Under the pieces are notes generated by a model that was given only the letters and a program-made list of their open reading frames with translations, did not search any database and was not told the DNA's origin. Source: Balanoglossus misakiensis (taxonomy: Eukaryota > Animalia > Hemichordata). Taken from it: a stretch of 64,000 nt of DNA. Position numbers and translations under genes: made by a program. Below, in pieces: positions 40,908 through 53,498 of the stretch. Every line of letters starts with the position of its first letter. The first letter of the stretch is position 1. The stretch covers positions 16,849,028 through 16,913,027 of the forward strand of contig CM082576.2 of the NCBI GenBank assembly GCA_040954595.2, given 5' to 3'.

Positions 40908-42714
40908 AAATGTCATGTCCAACACTCACTTTGTACTATAAGTTACCAATAATAAAAATGTCATGCCCTCCCTGCTTCTCTATAGTTGTTAATAAAATGT
41001 CATCCCACCCCAAGGGTTGTACTGGTACTTGAACTTTTAGTAAAATATCATGCCCATGTTCCTAGTTATGAACTGAAACGTTTAGGCTAATCAACTGTAA
41101 TGCTCATGTACTTGGTTTAGAAAAATGTCTGCCAATGTCTTGCCTAGTTCTACAACTCATAATAAAATGCCATGCCCTCCCCTAGTTCCGTACTGTAGGG
41201 GTCAATAAAACGCATTATCTGGCCACCCCTAGCTCTTAAGTTGATCGTATGCCATGCCGAAACCTAGTTCTGTATTGTGACTTAGAGCTTAGATGGTCCT
41301 ATAAAGCTTATAAAACTTGTGCACACTCCAAATAGGCCGAAAATGTCATGTGTACCGACTGATAATAAACTGTCATTTCATCCCAGCTATGCACTCAAAA
41401 AATGACGTGACATTAACACTAGAGGACGTGTACTGATCTGAGTGAATCAGATCCCGTGAGGAGTACGGTGCCCAGAGTACACGTGTACTAGTAGAGAAAT
41501 GCCAAATGTTGCTACATCTTCGCGCTTCGCCCGCCATTGCTCTCCGGAAAATAGGAGTGTGGTCGAGCGAACACGTGCGAGCGGAAAGTCGTGTTGCGAC
41601 CGTCGGTGAGGTGAATTAAGACACAGCGCTAATAATAGTGTCTGTAACGACTATCACACCAAAACTCATTTACAGTAAATATAAAAACAGACTACGTCGG
41701 AGAAGTCTTTCGACGTGTCTTCGTTCTCGAGGAGCTATTTGTATCTGTATTTGCATACCAGAAAGCCACGCCTTCCAGCCTCGTTCGCGGGTGACTTGTT
41801 TGTAATTGCCAAAGGCGAGTTAGTCATGTGCTTAGTTTGTTGGTTGTCAATGTAATCATCCATGTTAACTTATTTGGTACAATTCAAGACATATGCACTC
41901 AAGAATGTTGTGGCATTAAACACTAGTAGAGGACGTGTACTGATCTGAGTGAATCAGATCCCGTGAGGAGTACGGTGCCCAGAGTACACGTGTGATAGTC
42001 GTTACAGACACTATTATTAGCGCTGTGTCTTAATTCACCTCACCGACGGTCGCAACACGACTTTCCGCTCGCACGTGTTCGCTCGACCACACTCCTATTT
42101 TCCGGAGAGCAATGGCGGGCGAAGCGCGAAGATGTATCAACACTTGGCATTTCTCTACTAGTACACGTGTACTCTGGGCACCGTACTCCTCACGGCATCT
42201 GATTCACTCAGATCAGTACACGTTCTCTAGTGTTAATGCCATGTCATTTTTTGAGTGCATAGCTGGGATGAAATGACAGTTTATTATCAGTCGGTACACA
42301 TGACATTTTCGGCCCATTTGGAGTGTGCACAAGTTTTATAAGCTTTATAGGACCATCTAAGCTCTAAGTCACAATACAGAACTAGGTTTCGGCATGGCAT
42401 ACGATCAACTTAAGAGCTAGGGGTGGCCAGATAATGCGTTTTATTGACCCCTACAGTACGGAACTAGGGGAGGGCATGGCATTTTATTATGAGTTGTAGA
42501 ACTAGGCAAGTACATGAGCATTACAGTTGATTAGCCTAAACGTTTCAGTTCATAACTAGGAACATGGGCATGATATTTTACTAACAGTTCAAGTACCAGT
42601 ACAACCCTTTGGGTGGGAGTGACATTTTATTAACAACTATAGAGAAGCAGGGAGGGCATGACATTTTTATTATTGGTAACTTATAGTACAAAGTGAGTGT
42701 TGGACATGACATTT
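40908..42714. repeat. Large inverted repeat (arms 40908-41659 and 41990-42714, ~330-bp spacer)
   Basis: 41990 gtgtgatagtcgttacagacac... is the reverse complement of ...gtgtctgtaacgactatcacac (41659); the match runs ~730 bp with one ~28-bp deletion. Confidence 0.85.
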
Positions 42715-45700
42715 GACTAACAGTTATCTTGGTTATAGTACAGAACTAGGGGAAGGCATGGCATTTTACTAAAAAGCAAGGGATGTGCATGATATTGTAC
42801 TTACAGTTAAGTATTACATGTAGTACAATGAGAGATTGTCATAACATTTTATTAACAGCAACAGTACAGAACAAGGGGAGGGTATGACACTTTATTATCA
42901 ATTAACACAGCAAGGGGATGGGCATGGCGACCTTGGCGGGCGAAGCGCGAAGATGTAGCAACATTTGGCATTTCTTTACTAGGACACGTGTACTCTGGGC
43001 ACCGTACTCCTCACGGGATCTGATTCACTCAGATCAGTAAACGTCCTCTAGTGTTTAATGCCACAACATTCTTGAGTGCATATGTCTCGAATTGTACCAA
43101 ATAAGTTAACATGGACGATGACATTGACACCCAACAAACTAAGCACAATACTAACTCGCCTTTGGCAATTAAAACAAGTCACCCGCGAACGAGGCTGGAA
43201 GGCGTGGCTTTCTGGTATGCAAAAGCAGATACAAATGGCTCCTCGAGAACGAAGACACGTCGAAAGACTTCTCCGACGTAGTCTGTTTCTATATTTACTG
43301 TAAATGAGTTTTGGTGTGATAGTCGTTACAGACACTATTATTAGCGCTGTGTCTTAATTCACCTCACCGACTGTCGCAACACGACTTTTCGCTCGCACGT
43401 GTTCGCTCGACCACACTCCTATTTTCCGGAGAGCAATGGCGGGCGAAACGCGAAGATGTATCAACACTTGGCATTTCTCTACTAGTACACGTGTACTCTG
43501 GGCACCGTACTCCTCACGGGATCTGATTCACTCAGATCAGTACACGTCCTCTAGTGTTAATGTCACGTCATTTTTTGAGTGCATAGCTGGGATGAAATGA
43601 CAGTTTATTATCAGTCGGTACACATGACATTTTCGGCCTATTTGGAGTGTGCACAAGTTTTATAAGCTTTATATATTTTCGGTACTACAAGTGATCGTAG
43701 TGCATCCATTTTTCTAAGACGTGTATGAAACACCACAGTCAATGATAGGATGATTTTTCGTGAAGTTTTAACGACGCGTTCCCAAGAAAGACAGTTTCAG
43801 TATGTCGGTTGAAATTGTGGTCCCTGGCTCTCGGCAAAGATTTCTTGTCTTGAAAAAAAATTGGGTAGGTTAGGAAGATATTGAACTAAGTTACTGTGAA
43901 ATTATAATGTTGTGAGCCGCTCCGTTGTGGAGTAATGACGGTGTAAAAATTGCCTTCGCCATCGACGAGTACAGTCGTGTTTACCATATGGGCCGCCGCA
44001 AGGGAAAAGGGCCCTTATGCATGGATTTTTCGATTTTTATTTTTTTGTCATTTTTTGATAGTACCTGTGCTCCTCTTTTCATATGTGTGCCGCTCACTAT
44101 GAACTTACACCTGGAAATGGCATTTGTGGCCCATTGAATGTGACATATGACCTTTGACCTCAGCCCACAAATAAAATTCACTGTTTTTGTTTCACAATAA
44201 AGAGGTTTAAAAACCAAACATCTTTTCCCAACTACATGGAAGATCTGTATCCATTTATACCGTAGGTACTGAATAAATCCACTTTTTAGGGGGAGAGGGG
44301 GTGTCGGTCATTCCATTATATCATAGGGGTGGAAAGCACACAAGATGATGCTAGTTCTATTTAAAAATACATTTTATTAGACACCACAAGTGCCAAAACT
44401 CTACACATCACATCCTCCCAAAATATGAATATTTACATGACATTATTGACATAACTGTTGCCATGGCTACCTGTAGTGTCAGAACTCCAACCATTACATC
44501 ACTGATATTGCTACATACAATTCTAACTATCATTTTTTTCAGATAACATTTAAATATACAATTCTAACTATCATTTTTTTCAGATAACATTTAAATATTT
44601 ACAAGTTTGCATTTATTTTCAGTACTACATACATGCAAGAGTATTCAGTGGGTTTTTGGATTTACTCTTCAGGGCAAAATGCATGTCTAAATGGCTGTCT
44701 GACAAATGGAACTATTTCCTTCTGTAACTCTCTCCATCTGGCTAAACTCATCCCTCCAGCAGGCAATACAGAGGGTTTTATATGTGGTGATGGAGGCCAA
44801 GTAGCATTTCTTTTGAGGAGATCTATACGGATTTCATCATCTGTGACTAATTTTCTAACATATACAGCACCAGGATCATTCTTCGTGAATCTTAAATGAT
44901 GATAAACATGAATTCCCTTCAATGGTTTGAGAAATGAAGAAAAAAATGAATCCCACTCAAACCATTGAAATTTGGGATCAGAATTCCGACTGCCTTAACA
45001 TTTCACCTTGTTTATTCGTGAACTTTTTGACACAATGTCTGCCAGCTGCTGAACTGTGTCAACATCACTTCTACGATACACTTGCCGTATCTTACCGAAA
45101 CAAGCATCACAAATGCACTTTGTATGACCTGGTTCCAAGAAATGATAATTAATTTCGTCATGTAAACCAGTACTGGTACGGTAACAAAAATAATGAATGA
45201 CAGTTTTGTTTTTATTCTGACCTCCACAGTTGTCAGCATGGCAATGACAACTCTTTTCACCCAATCCATGCTCCTCAAAATAATTGTGAAGCATGCTAAC
45301 TACATTATTGGCACCATGGCACTTTCTGTTATCAATGCCAATGGTCTCAGGCTCATCAAACAGATAATTCATTTGAGATTGTTGACTATCATTACATATA
45401 CCAAAGCAATTTACACGTAGTGGATTCAGAAAATACAATGGACTAACTTGACGAGACTGATGGGGCAGCAGAAAACTCTGTGCAAAATCAAATGTATAAT
45501 GAACATTATGTAAATCATAAGAGCAAGGACTACATGGGGGCTGAACTTCAATGTCTCTGAGTTCATCCTGTGCCTTTCTAATGCACAAGTTCAGAAATTC
45601 TCTTTCATTTTGTGATTTCAAAATGTGTCCTGAGAATGCAATACTAGAGTTCAGTTTGTCTTCTTCTGTTGTGGCAAACTGAATTTCATTCCGGAAGTGT

Positions 45701-47673
45701 TCACATTTGGCACACACATCTGTACGAGGTTCCATTCGCTGAATGTGTGGTACACACAATTTCCAGATATTTCGGAAAGTTGTCTCCCTCACAGGCTGCT
45801 TGGTTGGCTGACAAACATTACAGGCCTCCACATACTTCTTATACACATCAGCCTTGGTGTCACAGGATGGAAGATAAATCGGAGGCCTTTCATCTCTACC
45901 ACGAGGAGCAGCTGGCATAGGCAGACCATTGTCATCTGCATATCTGACCAGGAACTGAACAGCATCTTGCATTGTCTGTTTGGAAAAAAGAATAGTTAAG
46001 TCACTCAAAATAACTTAGTGAACACTGAGAACACATATCCAGGTTAGATAGCAAACCATAAATATGAAATTTATTACCAAGTATAAGTACACTCTGATAC
46101 ACATTTACATGGTATAAGAATATACTTCTTAAAGATATTTGTTATGGCATGCAGAAATGTAATACTTACTTCAAACGAATAGGCATTGACTGGTCGTTTT
46201 CCTCGACGACCATGATCTCTGGGTACCACACCATGGATTTTGTAGTGGGCCTTTAAAGTCTTGAACCTTTTCTCCCCTAGAATTAGAGTTATAGGATGAT
46301 AATACTAATTAATACTATCCCAAGATTAAGTCAAAACAATGACTTCTCTCTAGTTTAAATCTTCTCAAAATCGTTTGATACACATTTAAAAAGAAATTAC
46401 TGTAAAGTTGTGTCTTCTATTAAAAAATCAACATCAAGATTGTGGGGGCCAGGACACTTAGAAAACTCTTTGAGAAAAATCCCCAAGTAAACAAAGGTCA
46501 TGTGAGGGAAGAAAAAGATGACATCATCATCCTTTATTGACTGTCACTGCTGCACTACGGTAAACTACGTGATGTGGGGAATCTATTAAAAATCAACAAT
46601 CGGATGCAATAATGGATCATTTCACGGTTATCGGCGCCATCTTGAACGGGGGGCAAATGGCGGCTGTTTCGACGCATGTGGCGTCCTTCATTGTTGTCAT
46701 TAGAGCAAACACGGAAGTGTCGTCTCTTAGCAGCTCCTGCCACTTTTCGAAATTTTCCTGAAATTGGTCAACTTTTTTCCATCACAACAGGTAAATTAAC
46801 TCGGAAAGTTGTATCAAATACCAAAACTTTCCAAATTTATTACTGTCATCATTTTTTACGCGATTTATCCAACTTGTAATCGTGACTGTACAGTGGTCGG
46901 TAATGGCGGTAGGTACAAAAGTAATCGTCTCCTATCACAGAGTCACGATCTTTCCGGACACAATTGGATATAAAGAATTTATTATTTTAGCCATCAACAC
47001 TTGGAGGGGTAATGATTAAAACGTTACATTATCTTGTATCCAAAAAATGAGCGTGACAGATTGATACTATGTTTGCTACCGCGATCGTCCATACGACAAG
47101 CCTTGGTGATTTTATGTACATGTACATGTATGATGTACACTGTCAATAGTTTTCGGCCATAGCTTAGACGACAAAAATCGTGACTGTATCCGATGTCTGT
47201 TTGATTTTTTTTGACAGGCCAGTGCTGCAGTTGTAGCAGATAGGCAGAGCATACTATATGTATATCATAGCCAGTTGTACATGAGTATAGATTCAAAAAG
47301 ACTAGATAGGTTTGCAGCGTAGAGCAAGAGGTAAGCAAACATGAAATGGACATCTGGACTCTGTTGATGACTGAATGGATTTGAAGTGTAGCTTTTCAAA
47401 GTCACTTTGGTGTAATAAAATACATTATTGCATATGTATAATAATATATGTGCGTATGTGTGAACTAAGTTTGCCCTCAAACAAACCGAATTTTAAAATG
47501 CTTTGAGTCATTTTGAGGATTTCCCTATACCTATGCATGTAGTGTACATGTAGATAATTTTCTTTAGTCACCAGTGAGTTTGTTGAGTCAGTGGACTAAA
47601 AGAAAGCAAAGTGACATATGTATATGTTTTTTTTCAATTCAACAGAATAGCTAGAACATAGAATAGTTGTTGA

Positions 47674-49567
47674 TTGTTGAAGACTATGGCTAGTCAGAAA
47701 GATGTAGGGAATACATATGAAGACCTCTCCCAGAAGTCAGTTGGCGAACTGAAATATTTTCTGTCTGTCAGAGGTATTGGCACAACAGGTTCAAAGCCAG
47801 AATTAGTGGCCAGAGCCTTTGTTGCCACTGAACAGTCTGTTCCTGTAAAATTGTCAGAATTTGAACTTAAACAAAAATTACAGAAAGAGTATATGTGTCG
47901 CTTAAAAGAACTAGAAATCGATGACCCTATAACTATACCAGATCACATGTGGATAAATGATGTCAGGAAATGGCCTAAGTTAGATTTAAGTAGTGTGTTT
48001 TCATTTATTTTAGAAAAGAAAGAGTTTGACCATACATATATTGGAAAATATAAAACGTACAAAGCATATTCATATTTTGCTAGTGGATTTGTAGGTCCAA
48101 TATTTCACCACATCATTGCCAATGATAGGGTTCTGGTGAAATCTACTGTATCACCATCACAGCGAGTGAGGGATCAGCTGTGGCCTGTTTGGCTTGTTTT
48201 ACAGAATGACGGAAAATTCTTGGGGCCTGGTGTGGATGCACTGCTGGGTACTCACAAGCATGCAATCATGTTATGGGGGTTTTGTAGAAAATGGAGCACG
48301 CAACACTGATGAATTTTAATGACCCATCCTGTACAGACATACCTTGTGAGTGGAATGACAAAACTTTGAGAGATGTACAATGTATTACCCGAAAAAGTCA
48401 GTAGTATGGTAATCAAACAAAGTGCACGAACCAAAAGTGGTGACTTTAACATTAATTCACAAATGAAAACACAATTTGACCCAAGAAGGGAAAATGAAAG
48501 AAAGGTTACTGATGTACACGTGTCGTCCTTCTTATCAAAATGGAAACTCGTCGAATCTAATACGGTAGTTTACAAAGCCTTTCCAAAGTTTACAACAACA
48601 AATAATCATTTGCCACAGTCAGTTCAAAAACAAGCTCAAATATATGCCAACAATCACAGGAGAGATGAGACAACAATGATCAGTGGATTTCTAGAAACAC
48701 TGCACTCAACTGTGGGTCGGGATAATATTCATGATATAGCAAAAGCTACTATGGAGCAAGACAAATGTGGGGAGTGGTACGAACAGAGGGCTGGAAGACT
48801 GACTTCGTCCACTTTCCACGATGTCTTTACTAAAATGGAAAGCATTTCCTAACATCCCGGTAAGCCATGCTCAACCACAAAGTTGATATCTCGTCTTTTA
48901 GCCGTGAAATCCCTAAATCATGTTCCTGCTATAAAATGGGGGAATTTACATGAACAAGACGCCAAGCTGGCATTAGAACGGGAAATCGCAGGTAGACATC
49001 AGAACTTTAGGCTCAAAAATACTGGGCTTGTTGTCCATGAACGTTTTCCATATCTTGCTACATCACCTGATGCTGTTGCTGTTTGTCAGTGTTGTTCTAA
49101 TGCCTGCGTTGAATGTAAGTGCCCCTATTCTATAAGGGATAAGAGTATTGATGAGGGATGGAATGAAACAGACTTTCTGGAGAAAAATGGTGACCAAATT
49201 CAGTTGAAGAATACAAGGGCAAATGGCAATCACACAATGCGATAAATGTTACTTTGTAGTTTGGACTCCAGTTGGCAGACCATTGATTCAAGTGATTGAA
49301 TTTGATCATGAATATTGGGAAAAGGTTCAGTTAAATCTCTGTAATTTCTATAAATCACACATGGCTAGAGTATTGTTAGGGTTTAGAGAAATATTCTTTT
49401 GCCCTTCATGTAATGGAGTAATCTTAGAAGAAGGCGAGTTTGATGATGAAAAGGAAAACAGTGTACAATGCATGATGTGCTTGTTATGGTACCACTGGGG
49501 ATGTGTCGGAAGAAGTAAAATCACAGATGATGATGATTGGGTATGTTTAAACTGTACGTTGACATGA
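47674..49567 (+). pseudogene. SAP-SWIM-YqaJ-PHD accessory gene, copy 3
   Basis: Four ORF fragments; keeps catalytic SPD..VECKCP; frameshifts near 48217, 48375 and 49210; stops at 48285 and 48850. Confidence 0.85.
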
Positions 49568-49847
49568 AAATTGTATAGTTTTCTTGTGTGTATACATACA
49601 AATTCAATATAACCGGTGTATGTTCAATTCAAATGGTGTGTAAGCTTGCATTTTACTATGTGAATTTTTGTCTGGTTTCATATGTTTCTAAATCTGGAGG
49701 ATTTTTTTATCTTACCAGAGGATTGTTATAGAAGTAGTGACTTCTCATAATGAATTACCATATAAGATGTGATTAATCGATAGAAATAAAATGTATTGAA
49801 TTAAACTATAGAAGAAGGTTTCACAAGTATATATTGGTTTATTTTTA

Positions 49848-51201
49848 TTATTCACACAGAGGTTCTAACAGATTACAGAGAGCACAACAGGTTTTGATTA
49901 TATCATTTATGATTGGAATTAAGGTTACAGGAAGTTGATTTGTTAAAATACGGAAGTGTTTTGTATGGCCAATGGCCTGTTCAACATAAATCCTTACATT
50001 GGCTATCTTTGATGTTTCTGCCACCGCTACACTTGTCATAGGTAGGCCTTTAGTAGCACTTGATGGAATTGCTAATTGGACCTGTTGAACCATCAAGTCA
50101 TCTTTGATCTTAAACCCCCTATCAGCTAATAATTGATCATATGGTTCCAGAAGCGTGTAAAATTTACTATTTCTTACAATAAATTTATCAGATGCCCTAC
50201 CCCCATATGCCTCAGAAATAAATGAAATTAAACCATTTGGAGTTATACTAACTAAGAATTTAACAGTACAGTGATGTTTGTATTCTGACCAAAATTTAGC
50301 TTGAAGCTGTAAACATGATGGCTTTTCGATAAATATTTCAGTGCAGTCTATAATACTTCTTACTTTCGGATAAAATCGTCGAAAACATTCTGGTAAATGA
50401 TATTTGATTGCTTGCTTGGTTGGCCATATAATCAACCAACCAAGTTCCCTACTCATTAATTTGATCCATGTAATAAAAATTGAACTAACTAAGCCTTCAG
50501 CAATCTTGAAACGAAAAGAAAGATCGGGAATTAATAAAGCTAAACGAAGATGCATCATAACAAGAAGCAAGTTTTCTCGATGGACCAGGCCTATTAAAAG
50601 TACATGTAGCTGGATTTGAAACTGTGTATCTTTTGGGTATTTCTTTGACGGTCTGTTTTTCCCCCTTCCAATATTGCATGTTTGCTGCTTTGGGTGCTAA
50701 ATAATTGAAAACCCCCTCAAACGCTGCACAATTCTTTAGACCAGTGTAAAAATGAACATCCGAATCTCTGGTTAATTGTTCTGAAGCCGTACATATTTTT
50801 ATAGTTCTCTGGTCCTGTTGATCACAAACTGGCTGCTCTACATATACATTGGTGTGATTATTGTTATTAGTATTAGTGTCACATCTTGCTACTTCCCTCC
50901 TCTTTCTCGGTGAAGTCTGGTATCTCGCCAGCGATGTTGACAGAAATAGAGAGGGGAAAGGGTTTGCTTTGGTGGGCTCTCCATCAACAAAATGATTGGA
51001 GCAAACTCGAACGCCTGGTCCAGGTACAAAATCAACCCTTCCTCTAGAAATTCTGGAGATCCACTGCTTTCTCAGTTCCTCATTAGTAGTTGGTAACTTG
51101 TGAAATCGCAAGACTACAACGTGATTCCTTAAGATCTGCCTCTCAGGATATCTTCTGTCATTGAAACAACCCTCAATGCAACAGCGGTCTCCACCTGGCA
51201 T
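49848..51201 (-). pseudogene. THAP-DDE transposase, copy 3
   Basis: ORFs 50497-51201 and 49848-50570 are split by a 17-bp deletion near 50570 relative to copy 1; intact where copies 1 and 2 are frameshifted. Confidence 0.9.
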
Positions 51202-53231
51202 ATTGACAGACTACCTATCAGCACTGGCTTTCCTAATGAGCTAGTCACAGACCTGTCTAAAGCACAAAATTAAAAAAAATGTATACTTTAATTGTCCCAT
51301 AGTCTGGGGATTGAATTTTGAGCGATCTGTCCATTACAGACGTCTGCATGATAGGCATAAGTTTTGGTATGAGTAAATCAAAAGCAACTATAAAGTTAAG
51401 TTCATTTTTATTAGTAACAAAATAAATTTAAGAATTTGGCAATCACATTTTGTAAATTACGGGGATTGATCTAAATGTGTCCCGTAAAATGATCGTCGAC
51501 GGATTGTGTTTATTTATAGTAGTGGTTAACTATGCAGTGGTGCTATTACGTGTTATCTGCAGCACGATTACAAGTTGGATAAATCGCGTAAAAAATGATG
51601 ACAGTAATAAATTTGGAAAGTTTTGGTATTTGATACAACTTTCTGAGTTAATTTACCTGTTGTGATGGAAAAAAGTTGACCAATTTCAGGAAAATTTCGA
51701 AAAGTGGCAGGAGCTGCTAAGAGACGACACTTCCGTGTTTGCTCTAATGACAACAATGAAGGACGCCACATGCGTCGAAACAGCCGCCATTTGCCCCCCG
51801 TTCAAGATGGCGCCGATAACCGTGAAATGATCCATTCACCCAACAATCCACATTTCGTGTACTCATGCTCGCACAGGGTGTGATGAGGATATCACAACGT
51901 GTAAATAAATCATTGGTGCCAACGTAAAAATACCCTGCTACTCACCCAAGTTGTGAATGTAACGCCAAACTTTTTCACACACGCGTTGACCATCAAAGAC
52001 GTAATCAAAGGACTGTCGCGCACGTTTACCACCACGGACAGGTTCTCCATGAACCTCACACTGTTCTAACTTTGCAAGGATAAGAACATCAAGATGGTCT
52101 TTCTGGAATTCTGACATGTTCAAACGGTATTCCCACACCCTGTCAACAGCAAAGTTCGAGTAGCACTGGTGTTTACAAACACTCCCAGTCCGCATTACGG
52201 CCTCCACCGATGGCTTATCCAACGCGTCACAGTCATTTCCTTCTTCACGATCTTTTTGACCCATCTCTGGGTGTAACTGAGAGTACAGTCTTGCCAATTC
52301 GACTGGCTCTGCTTCAGGTACTGGCTCGTCTTCATCGCTATCGTCGTCGTCTCCCTGGTGGCAGTGATCGCGTACACTATCGGCTGAAACAGAACACTGG
52401 GAATTCTCCCTAGATTGCGGCGGACTAAATGTTTCGACCAACTCGTCGTGGCGTTCTTCGAACAAAGTCCGCAGCTTGATCAGCATTTAATTGCGGGTCG
52501 AAAGGTACCGAGAATGCCATGATTTTACGCAACGGGAAACATCAGTAGCACAGCGATTTCTGACTCTGACCTCCTTAGCGCTGAGGTCACGTGTATATGA
52601 ACTGAGCAAAATGGCGGGAATAAAATTAGATACAATGTAAACGCTCTACCCGTGAAGTGTTTTTTGAGCTATAGAAATCGAATTCACTGAAGAAATGACA
52701 TAAATGTTCTGTGTTTTGTGATATACTTTGAATATCTTTTGTCATTTTCTCGAAAAACTTGGGCAATATACTGAACAAATGCATTTTCCTCCAGCGTGCA
52801 GGCGAATATTTGCATGTGAAAAGCACACATAGAACGTCACCTATTCAAATGCAAATTACTAAAAATGACGCACACTTGCATAAGGGCCCTTTTCCCTTGC
52901 GGCGGCCCATATGTGTATGCATTGAAGTAGGTCAACGCATGTTGACCCATGACGCAATGGCTTCCTTTTCAATGCAAGTTAACTCTCATTAGCATATTAC
53001 ACAGGGAGTCTATTCACTATCCACGCTGACTGACTACAGTACTGTACTATGGCACCGTAAATTGTGGTCCTTGACCCTCGGCATGGATATATTCATGTCA
53101 AAATTATGAATAGAGGAGTTTAATAATGTTTCTAAAACCTGAGGGTGTTAATTTTGGTGTGGGTATGGCTGATTTTTTTTTTTTGATTTTTTAACTTCAA
53201 GGTCACTTTGAATTTCGTGATCACAATTTTG

Positions 53232-53498
53232 TCAGTGGAAGTAAAGAAATTCTTCTTGATAAAAACCCAGTTTAGAAGTGGGTGTTTGTAGTTTTGCAAC
53301 GGCGTTCAGCAACATTCTCCGGTGAACATCACTAACTTTACACGTGAACTTCTCCAGATCTCTTGGTTTTAGAAATTTCATATAAGTTGTGTTCACAAAA
53401 TCCAACCGACGAAAATCACTGGCATATTTTTCAAGCATTGGATCAATATTTCGAAGAAAGTCTTCAACATCAACCGAACTTGCTCCGGGTGTGTTCAT
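53232..53498 (-). CDS. Short SAM-domain-like ORF, probably a truncated transposon cargo gene
   Basis: VEDFLRNIDPMLEKYASDFRRLDF...LKPRDLEKF...VSDVHRRMLLNAV matches the SAM helical pattern by eye; the 3' end runs into sequence shared with the 988-bp element. Confidence 0.45.
   Translation of the reverse strand: MNTPGASSVDVEDFLRNIDPMLEKYASDFRRLDFVNTTYMKFLKPRDLEKFTCKVSDVHRRMLLNAVAKLQTPTSKLGFYQEEFLYFH

Larger units (their letters stand above)
21107..41779. repeat. 20.7-kb tandem segmental duplication, unit 2
   Basis: Junction ttccagc|ggtactaatggtctacagg at about 21107; the unit ends at ccttccagc (41779), followed by ctcgttcgcggg instead. Differs from unit 1 only by scattered SNPs and small indels. 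Confidence 0.95.
46614..51833 (-). mobile_element. ISL2EU-type transposon, copy 3 (independent insertion, inverted, inside Sola1 intron 1)
   Basis: Same ~270-bp TIRs and AT TSD (46612-46613, 51834-51835) but different flanks; lacks the 314-bp insertion. Confidence 0.9.
44662..52486 (-). pseudogene. Sola1 transposase, 3 exons (52486-51946, 46276-46170, 45975-44662), one in-frame TAA at 44995-44997
   Basis: GT-AG introns join in phase: ...WRYIHNLG|EKRFKTLKAHY..HGRRGKRPVNAYSFE|TMQDAVQF...; motifs FDFAQ, ADNCGGQNKN, GHTKCICDACFG; the frame continues past the TAA (QWFEWDSFF..LKGIHVYHHLRF). Confidence 0.85.
43990..52908 (-). mobile_element. Sola1-type DNA transposon carrying a nested ISL2EU copy
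   Basis: Perfect 32-bp TIRs GGGCCGCCGCAAGGGAAAAGGGCCCTTATGCA; 4-bp ATAT TSD (fits AWWT), confirmed by the empty site accatatgtg on the minus strand at about 19815 and 40485; DDD transposase. Confidence 0.85.

Noticed and set aside
43048-43335. ORFs in the 500-bp unit (43048-43335 minus, 43076-43303 plus)
   Set aside because: The frames are not preserved in the paralogous copy at 41640-41930, and no motif is recognisable.
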